Assembly: GCA_036505795.1 (NCBI GenBank)
Contig: DASXSU010000113.1
Span: 933 to 64,932, forward strand
Reading direction: 5' to 3'
DNA: 64,000 nucleotides
Source: Nitrospirales bacterium
GTDB taxonomy: Bacteria; Nitrospirota; Nitrospiria; Nitrospirales; NS-4
Made by a program: the position numbers and the translations under genes. The notes under the pieces were generated by a model. That model was given only the letters and a program-made list of their open reading frames with translations, searched no databases and was not told the DNA's origin. The stretch's first letter is position 1. Each line of letters starts with the position of its first letter. Shown here piece by piece: positions 63,621 to 64,000 of the stretch.

Positions 63621-64000
63621 TTAGGATACCCGGCGTCGGAGTGCGGCATGGTCCTCCAACGCCAACTCGATCAGCCGTTCCTCGGACAGGCCGAGACCGT
63701 AGTAATGTCCATAATGGCGATCGAGCGCGTCGGGATACCCGTTCTCCGGCAGGGACTGCTCGCGAAGATTCTTCACGCGATCCAGAATGCGTTTGACCAG
63801 CTCAGGGGAAATTTCTATGCCGTGCTCCTTTAAAATGTCCCCGTTCTTTGCAAGAACCGATTCCACTGCGGCCGCCCCGCTGTGCTTTCCGAACACAAAC
63901 CGCTGCTCACCGCCGACCGATTCTTCCGAGATAAACTGATAGATGGCCGGATGGGTCGCGATCGCCGCGGTATGGATCCCGGATTCGTGCTTGAAGACTC
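63621..64000 (-). CDS. HMGL-like family synthase (2-isopropylmalate / homocitrate / citramalate synthase), 3' part, runs off the window
   Basis: Hand translation to the edge gives VFKHESGIHTAAIATHPAIYQFISEESVGGEQRFVFGKHSG, containing the H-x-SGIH motif. The track start (GTG) is internal. Confidence 0.7.
   Translation of the reverse strand, partial: VFKHESGIHTAAIATHPAIYQFISEESVGGEQRFVFGKHSGAAAVESVLAKNGDILKEHGIEISPELVKRILDRVKNLREQSLPENGYPDALDRHYGHYYGLGLSEERLIELALEDHAALRRRVS

Overview
GC-rich bacterial chromosomal window, densely coding on both strands. Gene content loosely suggests a Nitrospirota-type organism, but that is a guess, and all domain calls below were made by eye with no searches run. 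Recognisable housekeeping blocks are trpE-trpG-trpD-trpC, purH-purD-purE, tsaC, an NtrC-type histidine kinase/response regulator pair, pilT-pilU, dnaE-accA, rsmD-coaD-aminotransferase and radC. Others are an HpnD-like squalene/phytoene synthase, a HAD hydrolase, a class I cytochrome c, a lytic transglycosylase, a DEAD-box helicase and a YdiJ-like FAD/Fe-S dehydrogenase. A biotin block holds bioF and bioD interleaved with FabG-, FabF- and ACP-like paralogs. There is one tRNA-Arg(CCT). I see no rRNA, CRISPR array, transposase or integrase. Accessory-looking DNA lies at about 0-15 kb and 52.3-60.4 kb. The most interesting region is an 8-kb PEP-CTERM / sigma-54 block. It holds a PrsR-like activator, a DUF3467-like protein, two intact PEP-CTERM proteins, three decayed PEP-CTERM tails and a second activator with an atypical receiver. 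It also carries four -24/-12 elements that all begin TGGCAGA. The block is bracketed by an intact small dihaem cytochrome gene and a displaced copy of that gene's 3' end. A smaller PEP-CTERM gene at 6.4 kb is bracketed the same way by tRNA-Arg and a degenerate copy of its 3' half. A dispersed G-rich intergenic repeat family occurs at four loci and carries G-quadruplex motifs. Two of its copies carry a hairpin with one compensatory base-pair change. Other points are a 47-aa Cys-rich ORF missing from the ORF track, a candidate biotin operator, several corrected start codons and a few unusual domain architectures. PEP-CTERM systems are already described, so any novelty lies in the arrangement rather than the family.
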